A stretch of 64,000 nt of DNA from a phage. The notes beneath the pieces are model-generated. The model made no database searches. It was not told the DNA's origin and was given only the letters and a program-made list of their open reading frames with translations. Position 1 is the stretch's first letter, and each line of letters begins with the position of its first letter. Location of the stretch: the sequence record PZ476263.1, one strand, 5' to 3'. Of this stretch, positions 9,722 through 18,964 are shown one piece after another. The translations under genes were made by a program, and so were the position numbers.

Positions 9722-9751
9722 TAAAAACAAAAAACCACCCCAAAGGGTGGT
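9722..9751 (-). terminator. intrinsic terminator
   Basis: ACCACCC-caaa-GGGTGGT hairpin; minus strand has a U-rich run after it; lies downstream of the gene ending at 9764. Confidence 0.55.
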
Positions 9752-9763
9752 CTATTTTAAAAA

Positions 9764-10030
9764 TCATTCAGTGTAATTTACGTTCTCTTCGTTATCCTGA
9801 ATGTTATCTTTTCGTGGGTTTGGTGTCAGATCCAAATGTGCCAACTTAGTGCCTTCAGGTAAATCATTTAAGCTGTATTCCACATTAACCAGTTGACCCG
9901 TCAGTTCATCCATTTTGTTAGAGATGTAAGCTGCAATTGAACGGCCTTCAAGAGTCGCCAGGTATTTCAGTTTCTGATAAGTAGTGTCGTTGAAATCAAT
10001 ATGCATTTTTATCCCCTTTATTATTTTCAT
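9764..10030 (-). CDS. hypothetical protein
   Basis: 88 aa ORF. Confidence 0.35.
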   Translation of the reverse strand: MKIIKGIKMHIDFNDTTYQKLKYLATLEGRSIAAYISNKMDELTGQLVNVEYSLNDLPEGTKLAHLDLTPNPRKDNIQDNEENVNYTE

Positions 10031-10064
10031 TATGCCCCTATCTAAAGGGGCTTGTTAACAATTC

Positions 10065-10295
10065 TTAAGCTAAACGAACATCTTCTGGCGTTGTGTAGAA
10101 ACCATCAACAACTTCCGAGGTTTGAGTTGTAAAGTCAACGATCACATCTTCTTGACCATATTCATTTTCCAAACCAACCACGATACCTTTGTCACCGATG
10201 TTAACACCTGCCAAAAAATATTCATTGTAAATATTTTCTACGTCAGTAGGATCGAAAATTACTTCATCACCCAGTTTCAATTCGCTAAATTGCAT
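10065..10295 (-). CDS. small acidic protein
   Basis: 76 aa, strongly acidic. Confidence 0.35.
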   Translation of the reverse strand: MQFSELKLGDEVIFDPTDVENIYNEYFLAGVNIGDKGIVVGLENEYGQEDVIVDFTTQTSEVVDGFYTTPEDVRLA

Positions 10296-10657
10296 TATTC
10301 GTTGTCCTCTTCAACATCATCTTCTTCAAGATTTGCAGGATTGCTACGTCCCATCAGCAGATCAAGTTCATTGAGTTGTTCAATCTTATCTTCCAGTTCA
10401 GCACGTTTCTTCTCGGCTGCATCCTGCTTGTCGTATTCACCATTAATCAGAGTACGCAGATACTTAGGATCAATGTTCAAGTCTTCTTTAGTGATTGCAA
10501 GAATATCTTTCAGGTCTTGAGCTGCATCTTTTTGACGACGAATTGCTTCGACACCTTCTTGAATGATATTAGCCAGGCGTTTACGAGCTTCTACGTCAGA
10601 CGGCAGGGTTTTCAGCAGTTCGATTTTAGATTTAGCCATTTTTAATTTCTCCTTCAT
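10295..10657 (-). CDS. coiled-coil protein with acidic C-terminus
   Basis: 120 aa, heptad-like charged repeats, C-terminal EEDDVEEDNE. Confidence 0.35.
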   Translation of the reverse strand: MKEKLKMAKSKIELLKTLPSDVEARKRLANIIQEGVEAIRRQKDAAQDLKDILAITKEDLNIDPKYLRTLINGEYDKQDAAEKKRAELEDKIEQLNELDLLMGRSNPANLEEDDVEEDNE

Positions 10658-10702
10658 TGATTAATATAAGTTAATTATACAGATTATTTAAAACAAGTCA
10701 AC

Positions 10703-11062
10703 TTAATTTTTAAAAGTTTTTTCGATCAGGGCGATAGCTTCTTTCCAGTTAGTTTCATCAACACGAAGACTCATATAATGCTGTTCCGTGTTGTCAACCA
10801 CTTCTTCAGTAACTTCTTCAAAGAATTTAAATTCTTCAGGAAGGATCTCAAAATAATCACCGCCTCCTGAATATGCCCTTTTTATGCTGCCGTTTGGAAA
10901 AACAACTGAACAAACACTACCGTAATCATCTACTAATTCCAAAACTTCGAATTGACCACCATTGTATGCAATCTTTTGAATAAGATCCTCGTTGTGAACT
11001 GAAGCATTTTTAAAATCACGAATAGTGTCGACCTTAAGTTTATATTTCTTTCCGATTTTCAT
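10703..11062 (-). CDS. hypothetical protein
   Basis: 119 aa ORF. Confidence 0.35.
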   Translation of the reverse strand: MKIGKKYKLKVDTIRDFKNASVHNEDLIQKIAYNGGQFEVLELVDDYGSVCSVVFPNGSIKRAYSGGGDYFEILPEEFKFFEEVTEEVVDNTEQHYMSLRVDETNWKEAIALIEKTFKN

Positions 11063-11130
11063 CTTCGTTTCCTCTCTTGGTTAAGTGAGGCCATTATGCC
11101 TCACTATTGATACCTTGTCAAATCTTTATT

Positions 11131-11463
11131 TTAAAATTCTTTAAACAAGATCTGCAAGATTGGAACTTCCAATCCTAGCTCGTCAAAGTTAATATCTGAC
11201 ATAAATACCGGAATTGTTCGAGTAATGAAAGAATCCCCGCCTGTATGGACTTTGAGTACCAACATCCCTTTGTACCCCGCCTTAAATTCTTGAACAAATG
11301 GACTTAAAGCACTTACGTAGATAACATGTTTCCCATCTGCAAATTTCTTGTAACGAGTACCTTTTGCCAGACCAGAGATCGGAATACCATCAAAAGTGAT
11401 TGTCGTCATTGTTGGATCGTATGCAATAATCGGACTTGGTTTACTTTGTGATTCTGTGCTCAT
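11131..11463 (-). CDS. hypothetical protein
   Basis: 110 aa ORF. Confidence 0.35.
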   Translation of the reverse strand: MSTESQSKPSPIIAYDPTMTTITFDGIPISGLAKGTRYKKFADGKHVIYVSALSPFVQEFKAGYKGMLVLKVHTGGDSFITRTIPVFMSDINFDELGLEVPILQILFKEF

Positions 11464-11476
11464 ATATTATCTCCTC

Positions 11477-11653
11477 TTATCGAACAAACATCTTGCCTTG
11501 GTCACAATAACCATTCTTGATCCCACGCGGCGCACTCAATTCTTTAAGTGCAACACCACCACACTTACAAACTGTACTTTCACGTTCAGATATTTTACGA
11601 TTCTGATCGAACTCTTCACCACACTTAGTGCATTTATAATTATACAGCGGCAT
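11477..11653 (-). CDS. zinc-ribbon protein (CxxC...CxC), FmdB-like
   Basis: 58 aa ORF not in the track: MPLYNYKCTKCGEEFDQ...CKCGG; fills the gap between flanking genes. Confidence 0.4.
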   Translation of the reverse strand: MPLYNYKCTKCGEEFDQNRKISERESTVCKCGGVALKELSAPRGIKNGYCDQGKMFVR

Positions 11654-11656
11654 TAC

Positions 11657-12457
11657 TTAAAAACCTCCCAGCTTTGCTTCAAAATATGTCAGCGGCTTCA
11701 TGATCTTGCCATTGCAATCTTTCCAGACTACACGATTAACACCGTTGACTTTCACAACATTACCTTTAACACCAGTATATCGACCCTTGTTACGTTTTTC
11801 AATAAGATCAGATTCCAGTTGAATCATCTCTTCAAGAGCTACATCATTCTCACTGAAATAGAAGTGCTGCTTGTAAAATTCCTTGTTGAATTCTTCAACT
11901 GTAGGAATCTTAGAATCATTAGAGTCAAGGACTTCTTCAAGTGCATCAATATAATCGAAATTAAATTTACGCATGATCTCAATTGTGTTTCGAACAACGC
12001 CGTTCGCCAGTTGTTGTCCAACATAATAAGTAAGAATGCTTAAGTTGTCAAAGATGTCTGAATTTTTCTCTGTGACGTAAGGAAAAATATCATATGGTCC
12101 ATCTTTATAAGTTTCATGCAAGCTTCGAGTTTGAAAATCTGCATAAACAGAAACAACGAAAAGATCACACAGTGCATCAATGACTTCTTTACGATTATTT
12201 TTACTAATGCCGAGTTCGTAAAGCTCATTATATTCTTCTTCTACAAGCTCCCACTGAAAGAGAAGCTCGGATGTGGATAGGGCGTGTTTACCACGCGCTG
12301 CAAAATTCCAATCAATAACACGCTGTGCACATTGAGAAACTTTTTCATTTTCGTCAATCTTTAACAGACTGCTAACAAATTCTTTCTCTTTAGTGTTCAT
12401 TTCTAGGAAATCAAACATCATACTCTCCTCTTTCTTAAGTGCAGGGCCATTATACAT
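11657..12457 (-). CDS. possible MazG-like all-alpha NTP pyrophosphohydrolase
   Basis: acidic helical motifs WELVEEEYNELYELG and EVIDALCDLFVV; weak. Confidence 0.25.
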   Translation of the reverse strand: MYNGPALKKEESMMFDFLEMNTKEKEFVSSLLKIDENEKVSQCAQRVIDWNFAARGKHALSTSELLFQWELVEEEYNELYELGISKNNRKEVIDALCDLFVVSVYADFQTRSLHETYKDGPYDIFPYVTEKNSDIFDNLSILTYYVGQQLANGVVRNTIEIMRKFNFDYIDALEEVLDSNDSKIPTVEEFNKEFYKQHFYFSENDVALEEMIQLESDLIEKRNKGRYTGVKGNVVKVNGVNRVVWKDCNGKIMKPLTYFEAKLGGF

Positions 12458-12472
12458 GACCCTTTCAATAAA

Positions 12473-12952
12473 TCAATAGTTATTGTAAATATCTTTCGCT
12501 TCTTCTCGTCGAGAATCCATAAGGATCTTTTCTTTAGCCAAAGAATCTTTTTTCAACTTGGCTTTCTTGTCAGATACCTTTTTCTTGATTGCATAGTACA
12601 ATACATCTCTTTCAACGTGGTTCATCCATTCGAGATCACCATTTACAAACAAAGTATCTCTCAAAACACCAGGCCACCTCTCAAAATATGTAACCCTGCT
12701 AGGATTCATAGAATCCACCAAAGTAAATTCCACTTCCCATGTATCAGGTGCATCATCATCTGAGTCTGGATTATCCGTGTAATAACCTGTGTGGATCGTG
12801 AACCAGCCAAGGTCATTGCGAATAGATCCGATTATCTTATCAGCAGGTGCTTTAACCATAATGTACTCGTAAACTTTGCAAATCACAATGTAAATCAGTA
12901 CAAATCCGATAGTAATGAAGATCCCTACAAAATCTGACAAAAACTCAATCAT
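12473..12952 (-). CDS. membrane-anchored protein
   Basis: N-terminal TM helix FVGIFITIGFVLIYIVI; 159 aa. Confidence 0.35.
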   Translation of the reverse strand: MIEFLSDFVGIFITIGFVLIYIVICKVYEYIMVKAPADKIIGSIRNDLGWFTIHTGYYTDNPDSDDDAPDTWEVEFTLVDSMNPSRVTYFERWPGVLRDTLFVNGDLEWMNHVERDVLYYAIKKKVSDKKAKLKKDSLAKEKILMDSRREEAKDIYNNY

Positions 12953-14322
12953 TTCTTAGTCCTCTTAACCAGCGCTCGTAATGTCTCAAGAAGAGAATCG
13001 GCATGTTCAATAACTTCACCAAGGGTATTCGCTTTAGTCTTATCATGACGGATCTCAACGAACTTATAATTTAGTCGTGGTAAAAACAGAGACTTAAGAT
13101 CCTTATTCTCAGCATCTGTAATATCATTTGCCTTGATCGTGATAATCTGACCAATAAAATATTCCGGTGCTTTCTTACGTAAAGCGTCTGTCAGTCCTGA
13201 ACCTACACCAACTTCCAAAAGACCATCTCGTGTACGGCAAACAAGAGAACCGACAAGCGAAGGATCTTTTTTGTGAGGTAAGGTAGCAACAACCTCAAGA
13301 TCCACGTCGAATTCGTTCTTCAGCTTAATACCTTTCTTAGTCTTATTGTCACCCCAAGGCATGTTTGCCTCTTTCAAGACCGTACCTTCCTTCTTCTGTT
13401 GACGCATCTCGATGAAGTGGTCAATAGCCTCTTCAAGACTATCGATCTGACGACCACGGATCATCTTTAAATGAGAAGACTCATCCACATAGTTGACAAT
13501 ATTTTCAACCTGCTTACGGCGGTCTTTATATTTTTTCTTAGACTTACGTGCAATATACTCGTCCATAGAAACAACATCCCAAACAACCAAGCGTACCAAA
13601 TTAGGATCAATATTTTCAGGATCCTGGTTCAGATAGCCGTTACCGATCTCTCGTGGCTGAACTCCGTGTGGATAAGACAGATCAATAACTAAACCTTCCC
13701 CGTGCATAACAAAAGGACCATCAGAATTGGCTTTTTCTTTCAGGTTTTGCTCAAGTGAAGGAATACACCGGAAATTAAGCTCTTTCCCTGATCGTGAACG
13801 ATAAATGATCTGTTCAGGCCAAACCATAATGTCTGCATAAAGTCCGTCCATCTTCTCGTCGGAGAAAGCGCCCTCATAATCAAACTTGATCAACAGATCC
13901 TCTTTAAAAAGCGTATAACTTTGGTAAGGTGGCTCTGTGATCAGACCTTTCCACACCTTGTTTGTAAGAGTGGTCTGTACACCACAGTCGAGATCACGAT
14001 TTATAACTTTTAACAGAGTTTCCGGCTCAGAGCAAAGCTGAACAGTGTTGATCATTTCTTCACGGGCTGCATAGCCTGTAATTTTTCGACCGCAAACAAA
14101 TTTAACCAGATATCGGATCGAGTCAACAAGACTGTTATTGCCTTGGTGGAATGTTGATTCCATGACTTTCAAGCCACGGACATAAAAATTCAACTCTTTG
14201 GAATAGGTGACTTGGAATACATATTCCAGATCTTTATTATCTCGATTTGCGACCAAGATTGCTTCTTTCTCTTTTGTGGATCGGGTTGCTGCCAGTTGAT
14301 TGATAATATCTGTTACTTTCAT
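12949..14322 (-). CDS. ATP-dependent DNA ligase
   Basis: KMDG (KxDG adenylation motif I) plus EGLVIK-like segment; likely true start is ATG at 14322 with AAGGAG RBS (track ORF extends to 14430). Confidence 0.6.
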   Translation of the reverse strand: MKVTDIINQLAATRSTKEKEAILVANRDNKDLEYVFQVTYSKELNFYVRGLKVMESTFHQGNNSLVDSIRYLVKFVCGRKITGYAAREEMINTVQLCSEPETLLKVINRDLDCGVQTTLTNKVWKGLITEPPYQSYTLFKEDLLIKFDYEGAFSDEKMDGLYADIMVWPEQIIYRSRSGKELNFRCIPSLEQNLKEKANSDGPFVMHGEGLVIDLSYPHGVQPREIGNGYLNQDPENIDPNLVRLVVWDVVSMDEYIARKSKKKYKDRRKQVENIVNYVDESSHLKMIRGRQIDSLEEAIDHFIEMRQQKKEGTVLKEANMPWGDNKTKKGIKLKNEFDVDLEVVATLPHKKDPSLVGSLVCRTRDGLLEVGVGSGLTDALRKKAPEYFIGQIITIKANDITDAENKDLKSLFLPRLNYKFVEIRHDKTKANTLGEVIEHADSLLETLRALVKRTKK

Positions 14323-14332
14323 TTTGTCTCCT

Positions 14333-14656
14333 TTATTTTTTAATAACTCGAAGTCTTTTCGCCAACACCCAAGTCCCGCCTTGACTTTCAGGACGATTGA
14401 ACATTTCGATACCTTCCACTTCAACTTCATACCATTTGCGTATTTCTCCCGACTTGAGATTCATACTCAAATGTGGTGCATGAGGTTTCAATGTGCAATG
14501 CCAACCTGGTCTTATTGCAAACCCCCGTGTCGGGTGGTTCTCCGCCTCCATCCAAACATCTGGCTCAATCACCAATTTACGATTGATAAATAATGGTCCT
14601 ATTGTACCATCCTTTCTTACTCGAAACAACTTATATGCTTTGATCTTTTTAATCAT
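14333..14656 (-). CDS. hypothetical protein
   Basis: 107 aa ORF. Confidence 0.35.
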   Translation of the reverse strand: MIKKIKAYKLFRVRKDGTIGPLFINRKLVIEPDVWMEAENHPTRGFAIRPGWHCTLKPHAPHLSMNLKSGEIRKWYEVEVEGIEMFNRPESQGGTWVLAKRLRVIKK

Positions 14657-14881
14657 TTAGTTTTTCCTTTTGAGTTTTCCACACAAAGGGCCTTCTTTAT
14701 AATCAGGATTCTCTTCGAAGAATTCCTCATTCTTTAATAGCATAGCGATCATACTTTTACGCAATGTTGAAGATGCCTTCATACCACGATACCAAGCGTC
14801 AAACCAACTCTTTTTAAGTGGGCTTTTATACATCTTAGTAAAGTATTGAGGATGACTTTCATGACTGATCTTGATTCTCAT
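14657..14881 (-). CDS. hypothetical protein
   Basis: 74 aa ORF. Confidence 0.3.
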   Translation of the reverse strand: MRIKISHESHPQYFTKMYKSPLKKSWFDAWYRGMKASSTLRKSMIAMLLKNEEFFEENPDYKEGPLCGKLKRKN

Positions 14882-15330
14882 TATACATCACCTGTTGACC
14901 AAAGCAAGTAAAATTTTTCAGGGATAAAATAAAAATCTTCCACAGTACCATCCTCTCTGTTTATGTCTTCATGATAACGACACTTAACCGAATAAACACC
15001 AGGTTTCATTGCCTTAAGATCGTGCTTAGTCATACTCTCAAGAAAGTTATTTTCAAGCAAGGAAGGTGCGATATTTGGTTGTTTAATGATGCACGACTCT
15101 CCGCCGATACCTATTGCAACAATAAACTCGGCATTGTAAGGTGAATCATATACAGGTTTATCACTTTTATTTTTAAGGCAATTGATCATTCCTGCATTAA
15201 GCCATGTTTCAGACAGACTTTTTCTTTTTGACGACACGTTTCTTCTCCTTAACCTGTTCAACAGGTTTTCTCTTAGGCTTAGGTTTTGGTTTGTACGGTT
15301 CCTCAGGCTTCTGGTAAAGCCCAAGAACAA
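14881..15330 (-). CDS. hypothetical protein (start probably internal)
   Basis: 149 aa ORF overlapping the upstream gene; likely begins at a downstream Met. Confidence 0.3.
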   Translation of the reverse strand: MFLGFTRSLRNRTNQNLSLRENLLNRLRRRNVSSKRKSLSETWLNAGMINCLKNKSDKPVYDSPYNAEFIVAIGIGGESCIIKQPNIAPSLLENNFLESMTKHDLKAMKPGVYSVKCRYHEDINREDGTVEDFYFIPEKFYLLWSTGDV

Positions 15331-15637
15331 CTCTTTCTATTGCACTCATAGGAACGGTAGTCATCTTACGTCTCTCTGCGTCAGGGAGCTGTAATTCCCA
15401 CACACCCAACCAATAAGTTAAATCATCTATACGTTCCTGAACCCAAGGGTCTGGTTTCGGAATAGTTAAGAGTCTAACCAACTCTTCTTCGCATGTCAAT
15501 AGACATTCTTTAAGTTTTTCAATAGGTGTATTGAAAACAAAAGCAGTCTTATCAAAAGGCTTCTTCTCTTCTACCATTACTCCCCCTTTTCTTCTTCCCA
15601 ACCATATTTTCTCATACGCTCTTTGTATTGAGGCCAC
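15209..15637 (-). CDS. hypothetical protein with Lys/Pro-rich C-terminal tail
   Basis: C-terminal PKPKPKRKPVEQVKEKKRVVKKKK. Confidence 0.35.
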   Translation of the reverse strand: MASIQRAYEKIWLGRRKGGVMVEEKKPFDKTAFVFNTPIEKLKECLLTCEEELVRLLTIPKPDPWVQERIDDLTYWLGVWELQLPDAERRKMTTVPMSAIERVVLGLYQKPEEPYKPKPKPKRKPVEQVKEKKRVVKKKKSV

Positions 15638-15807
15638 TTCTTCTCAATCACAGCCTGTGTAATCTCCGCATCCATAGAGACATGAACGTATTCACTATAA
15701 AGCTCGTCAATGTGCTCTACAAGGTCATCGCGTCCCTCTGAACGCAAGAATGCACGGACAGTTGCAATCTTTCGCCCAAGGAGGCACTCTTTGCACTCAC
15801 AAGTCAT
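15577..15807 (-). CDS. hypothetical protein
   Basis: 76 aa ORF. Confidence 0.3.
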   Translation of the reverse strand: MTCECKECLLGRKIATVRAFLRSEGRDDLVEHIDELYSEYVHVSMDAEITQAVIEKKWPQYKERMRKYGWEEEKGE

Positions 15808-16106
15808 TCCCCCTCCTTATTTAAAATTAACATATGTTTAAATTTATTTTTTCTTGCATAGATCAAGAGACTCATATCCACACAAGCGATCCTGTCCTTA
15901 TCCCCTGCACAAACCAGAATGAAGTTATCACCGTCTTGTTCCACATTCACAACTTCGAGGTCTGTGTCATGCTTCTCAAGGAGCTTTTCAAGCCAATCAA
16001 ACTGATAGTTTAAATCCACAAGCCATTTATAGTACCGAGGCTTGCTCTGTGCCTTATAGATCTCCTCCATCTTCTCAATAACGTTATCACACATAGTCAA
16101 AGACAT
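15804..16106 (-). CDS. hypothetical protein
   Basis: 100 aa ORF. Confidence 0.35.
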   Translation of the reverse strand: MSLTMCDNVIEKMEEIYKAQSKPRYYKWLVDLNYQFDWLEKLLEKHDTDLEVVNVEQDGDNFILVCAGDKDRIACVDMSLLIYARKNKFKHMLILNKEGE

Positions 16107-16280
16107 TTCTTATCTCCCTTTGTTATTTATTGTTCTTACGGTCTTTACCAATATCTTGATTGAGGTATCTCACAAGAGAGCAACCCAACCAAATAACGGA
16201 TACCACAAATCCAATCACACATACAGTGTGAAACTCTACAGAGTTCATCCCAAAAGCCACAATGTCGTTAGTACACTCCA

Positions 16281-16589
16281 TCAGATCATCTCCAAAGTTA
16301 TTAATACATTATCCAAATCATCAGCCACAAGCTGAAGCTCAGGTTTCATAGTATCTTCCACACGATGATAAATCAAACCTTTTTCCACATATTGATTCAT
16401 CACTCCGTGATAGTTCCCCAAAATGGTGTACCAGTCACATTCGTAAACAGTCACTACACATACCTTGAGGCCAGCTTTCGCAGAGTGCCAAGCTTCACGC
16501 ATAGCTTGAAGATGACTTAATTCATTTTCTGATAACTTTTTAGATTTATTATTCAATAACATTATAAGTAATTCTCTCTTTCGTTTCAA
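16281..16589 (-). CDS. hypothetical protein (first gene of leftward early operon)
   Basis: 102 aa ORF immediately downstream of minus-strand promoter. Confidence 0.4.
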   Translation of the reverse strand: MKRKRELLIMLLNNKSKKLSENELSHLQAMREAWHSAKAGLKVCVVTVYECDWYTILGNYHGVMNQYVEKGLIYHRVEDTMKPELQLVADDLDNVLITLEMI

Positions 16590-16597
16590 TGATGTGC

Positions 16598-16626
16598 ACT
16601 ATATCTATGTAAAAATCTCATGTCAA
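16598..16626 (-). promoter_or_regulatory. sigma70-type promoter for leftward genes (-35 TTGACA, 17-bp spacer, -10 TATAGT)
   Basis: plus strand shows ACTATA (16598-16603) and TGTCAA (16621-16626), i.e. consensus hexamers on the minus strand. Confidence 0.55.
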
Positions 16627-16775
16627 TACTTTTAATTAATAAATTTTAAGATAAAATATAAAAGATCTCTAAAGATCTGTTGACTTGATCTATAGATCTA
16701 TGTTAAATATGTTAAATGTTTATAAAGATCTTGTTTTTTTTTAATGTTTTTATTATTTATTGTTTTAATAATAAT

Positions 16776-16826
16776 TATGAATGAAATGAATAATTATTAT
16801 ATAATTTATGAATGAAATGAATAAAT
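16776..16826. repeat. direct repeat pair (TTATGAATGAAATGAATAA x2) in AT-rich control region
   Basis: two near-identical ~20-nt copies separated by ~10 nt. Confidence 0.6.
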
Positions 16827-16908
16827 TATAATGTAAAGGGGTTTGGTGAGCGGCGGCGAGCCAGGGAATTCTAATATAGTATTGTATGCCTAAACGGGCA
16901 TAAAGGGT

Positions 16909-16936
16909 TTGACTTGTTAAGAAGCTCGTGTATGAT
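16909..16936 (+). promoter_or_regulatory. sigma70-type promoter for rightward early genes (-35 TTGACT, 16-bp spacer, -10 TATGAT)
   Basis: TTGACT at 16909-16914, TATGAT at 16931-16936, followed by GAAGGAGG RBS and ATG at 16967. Confidence 0.55.
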
Positions 16937-16966
16937 GGGTAACGAAGACCAGAAGGAGGTGAAGTT

Positions 16967-17353
16967 ATGTTTGATGTAAACACCTCTGTTGGGAAGAAAT
17001 CATTTGAAGATGATACATTCACCATGTTGCCTCTCCGGTGGGTTGTTGAACTCTCTGGGGAGGATTTGAAAAGGATGATACTTTTGAGGTGGAGGTTTTC
17101 ATTCTTTGCAGAGTTTGCTTCCCGACAGGGTGAACCTGTGGCTATGTGTTTTTATGAATCTCAGGTTGCGTTGTGTGAGTTGTTCCAGATGTCCAGTACA
17201 AGTCAAGCTAAGGTAAGCGCATTCCTTAAGAAGATGGAAGCTGGGGGTTACATAAGTATACAAAGAGAGAAGGTTATCATTAACGGAAAGTCGAAACCTC
17301 GGCACTATATCGTTATCAATGACCCAATCCTTAAAGAAAAGTATAACTACTGA
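16967..17353 (+). CDS. hypothetical early protein
   Basis: 128 aa ORF with strong RBS directly after promoter. Confidence 0.45.
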   Translation: MFDVNTSVGKKSFEDDTFTMLPLRWVVELSGEDLKRMILLRWRFSFFAEFASRQGEPVAMCFYESQVALCELFQMSSTSQAKVSAFLKKMEAGGYISIQREKVIINGKSKPRHYIVINDPILKEKYNY

Positions 17354-17363
17354 GGAGAAAACT

Positions 17364-17585
17364 ATGATGTTCGAAAACAATATCGATAAACCAAATTTAA
17401 AGCCTCTAGAAAGCTCTCTAGCTAAAAGAACTGAAGAGGTCGGGTGTTTGCTTACCTTTATGGCTTTTAACGCTCAGAACGTTTCTAAGGAAGTTTATAA
17501 AATTGTTGATGAATCACTGCTCCCAAAGGCAAAGGTTAATCACATGATTGAGCTAAACGAGATGCTTGATTCGTTTGTTCGTTAA
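17364..17585 (+). CDS. hypothetical early protein
   Basis: GAGGAG RBS before ATG at 17364 (track ORF starts at 17319). Confidence 0.4.
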   Translation: MMFENNIDKPNLKPLESSLAKRTEEVGCLLTFMAFNAQNVSKEVYKIVDESLLPKAKVNHMIELNEMLDSFVR

Positions 17586-17641
17586 TTGACTATCGTCCAT
17601 TATCCCAGTAAAATGAAGATATACTCTTACTTAACTGATTA

Positions 17642-17893
17642 ATGGATATGAAAAAATTTAAACTTTACTTAGACTACTGTTCTTCGGACTATACGACTGA
17701 AGAATACGCAAGCCTGACCGACAGCTACGATGAGGCATTTGAAGAAGGTAATGATGTAGCTTTCGATACAACAGGTTTTTCACTTGAGTGTTGGAAAAAG
17801 GTTGACTTTGGTAGAGGAAACAGCATATACTTCTTCTACCCCAACGAGAACGACTACTCAACTCGTTACAAAATGACTTTTATGGAGGATTAA
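17642..17893 (+). CDS. small acidic early protein
   Basis: 83 aa, acidic. Confidence 0.4.
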   Translation: MDMKKFKLYLDYCSSDYTTEEYASLTDSYDEAFEEGNDVAFDTTGFSLECWKKVDFGRGNSIYFFYPNENDYSTRYKMTFMED

Positions 17894-18109
17894 ATGAAAT
17901 TCAGTATCATTATTGATTTTGAAGTAGATGAAACCAATGAGCAGCTTTTAGAAGCACTTAACGACGAGATTCAACGTACTGGTCAAACTATCCAGGAAAA
18001 ATTTGCAACGTTCCCTCAGGCATTTTATGAAACTCTTGTTGACGATATGCAAGGTCAAGATGAAGAGTTCCCTGGTTTGGAAATTAAAGTTCGTATGATG
18101 GAGGAATAA
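17894..18109 (+). CDS. small acidic early protein (paralog of next gene)
   Basis: 71 aa; shares D.D.TN.QL...TG.T...F pattern with 18109..18327. Confidence 0.4.
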   Translation: MKFSIIIDFEVDETNEQLLEALNDEIQRTGQTIQEKFATFPQAFYETLVDDMQGQDEEFPGLEIKVRMMEE

Positions 18110-18327
18110 TGACAACTCAATCTTTAAAGTACACTTTGACACTGGACATCGACTACACAAACCCTCAGCTTGCTGAAATGGTTAAAGAGAAGATGGAAAA
18201 AACAGGTATGACTGTTGAACAGATCAAGACGAATGTTGAAAAGGAAATTTTTACAGGTTTTAACGAGCTGATCGAAAGTGACCTTAAAAACATGCCAGGT
18301 TTTTCTTTCAATGTCGAACGAGGATGA
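18109..18327 (+). CDS. small acidic early protein (paralog of previous gene)
   Basis: 72 aa; ATGA overlap with upstream gene. Confidence 0.4.
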   Translation: MTTQSLKYTLTLDIDYTNPQLAEMVKEKMEKTGMTVEQIKTNVEKEIFTGFNELIESDLKNMPGFSFNVERG

Positions 18328-18440
18328 TTAGAGATGGAAGGCCAGATCTTTTACGAATATGAAGGTTGTGACGAATACGACGGCTTCATTACATGGGGGG
18401 CGGGTTAATGGGAGAAGAAAATTGGGACGTTTAGAAAAAA

Positions 18441-18653
18441 TTGAAGATTGGTTTTACGGCGGGATCTCTGGATGCTTTGAAGATGAACACCCAGACTTCT
18501 AATTATTTTCCTCTGGAAGATAATCCTCGTAATCATGAGTGTAAAGATTACGATTGCCTATGTTATTGCTGCGGTCATCGATTTGCAGGGCCAAAGAGAA
18601 GCATAATGTGTAATCTTTGTCTTAACAAGAAGAAACCTGTTGACAATAGCTGA
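18441..18653 (+). CDS. Cys-rich small protein
   Basis: ECKDYDCLCYCCGH...CNLC. Confidence 0.35.
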   Translation: MKIGFTAGSLDALKMNTQTSNYFPLEDNPRNHECKDYDCLCYCCGHRFAGPKRSIMCNLCLNKKKPVDNS

Positions 18654-18964
18654 TTAAATATGTAAGATTATTTTGTTGCCTGAGAGATTAGTCATCTTGA
18701 AGGCTGGGTGGGCAAATATAAGTTGGAACCATTATACCACCGACGCGATTTACGCTTTTGGTTGACTGTGACTAAATGGGATGCCCAGTCCATCCTTCTT
18801 TAAAACGGGGAGCCGTCGAAGATTGTCTGATTAGTGATTTACGGATCACTATAGTTTTACTACCACGACAATCTTTTACGGTGTACCCCTTGTCATGATG
18901 ACGAGGTTTAAGGTTATCCTGTCGTTAAATATCCAAAACCTGTTACCACCCACAAGAGAATTTA

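Noticed and set aside
16776-16826. Direct repeats in the control region considered as a CRISPR array
   Set aside because: Only two copies, about 20 nt, AT-rich, no unique spacer of appropriate length; more consistent with iteron- or operator-like repeats.
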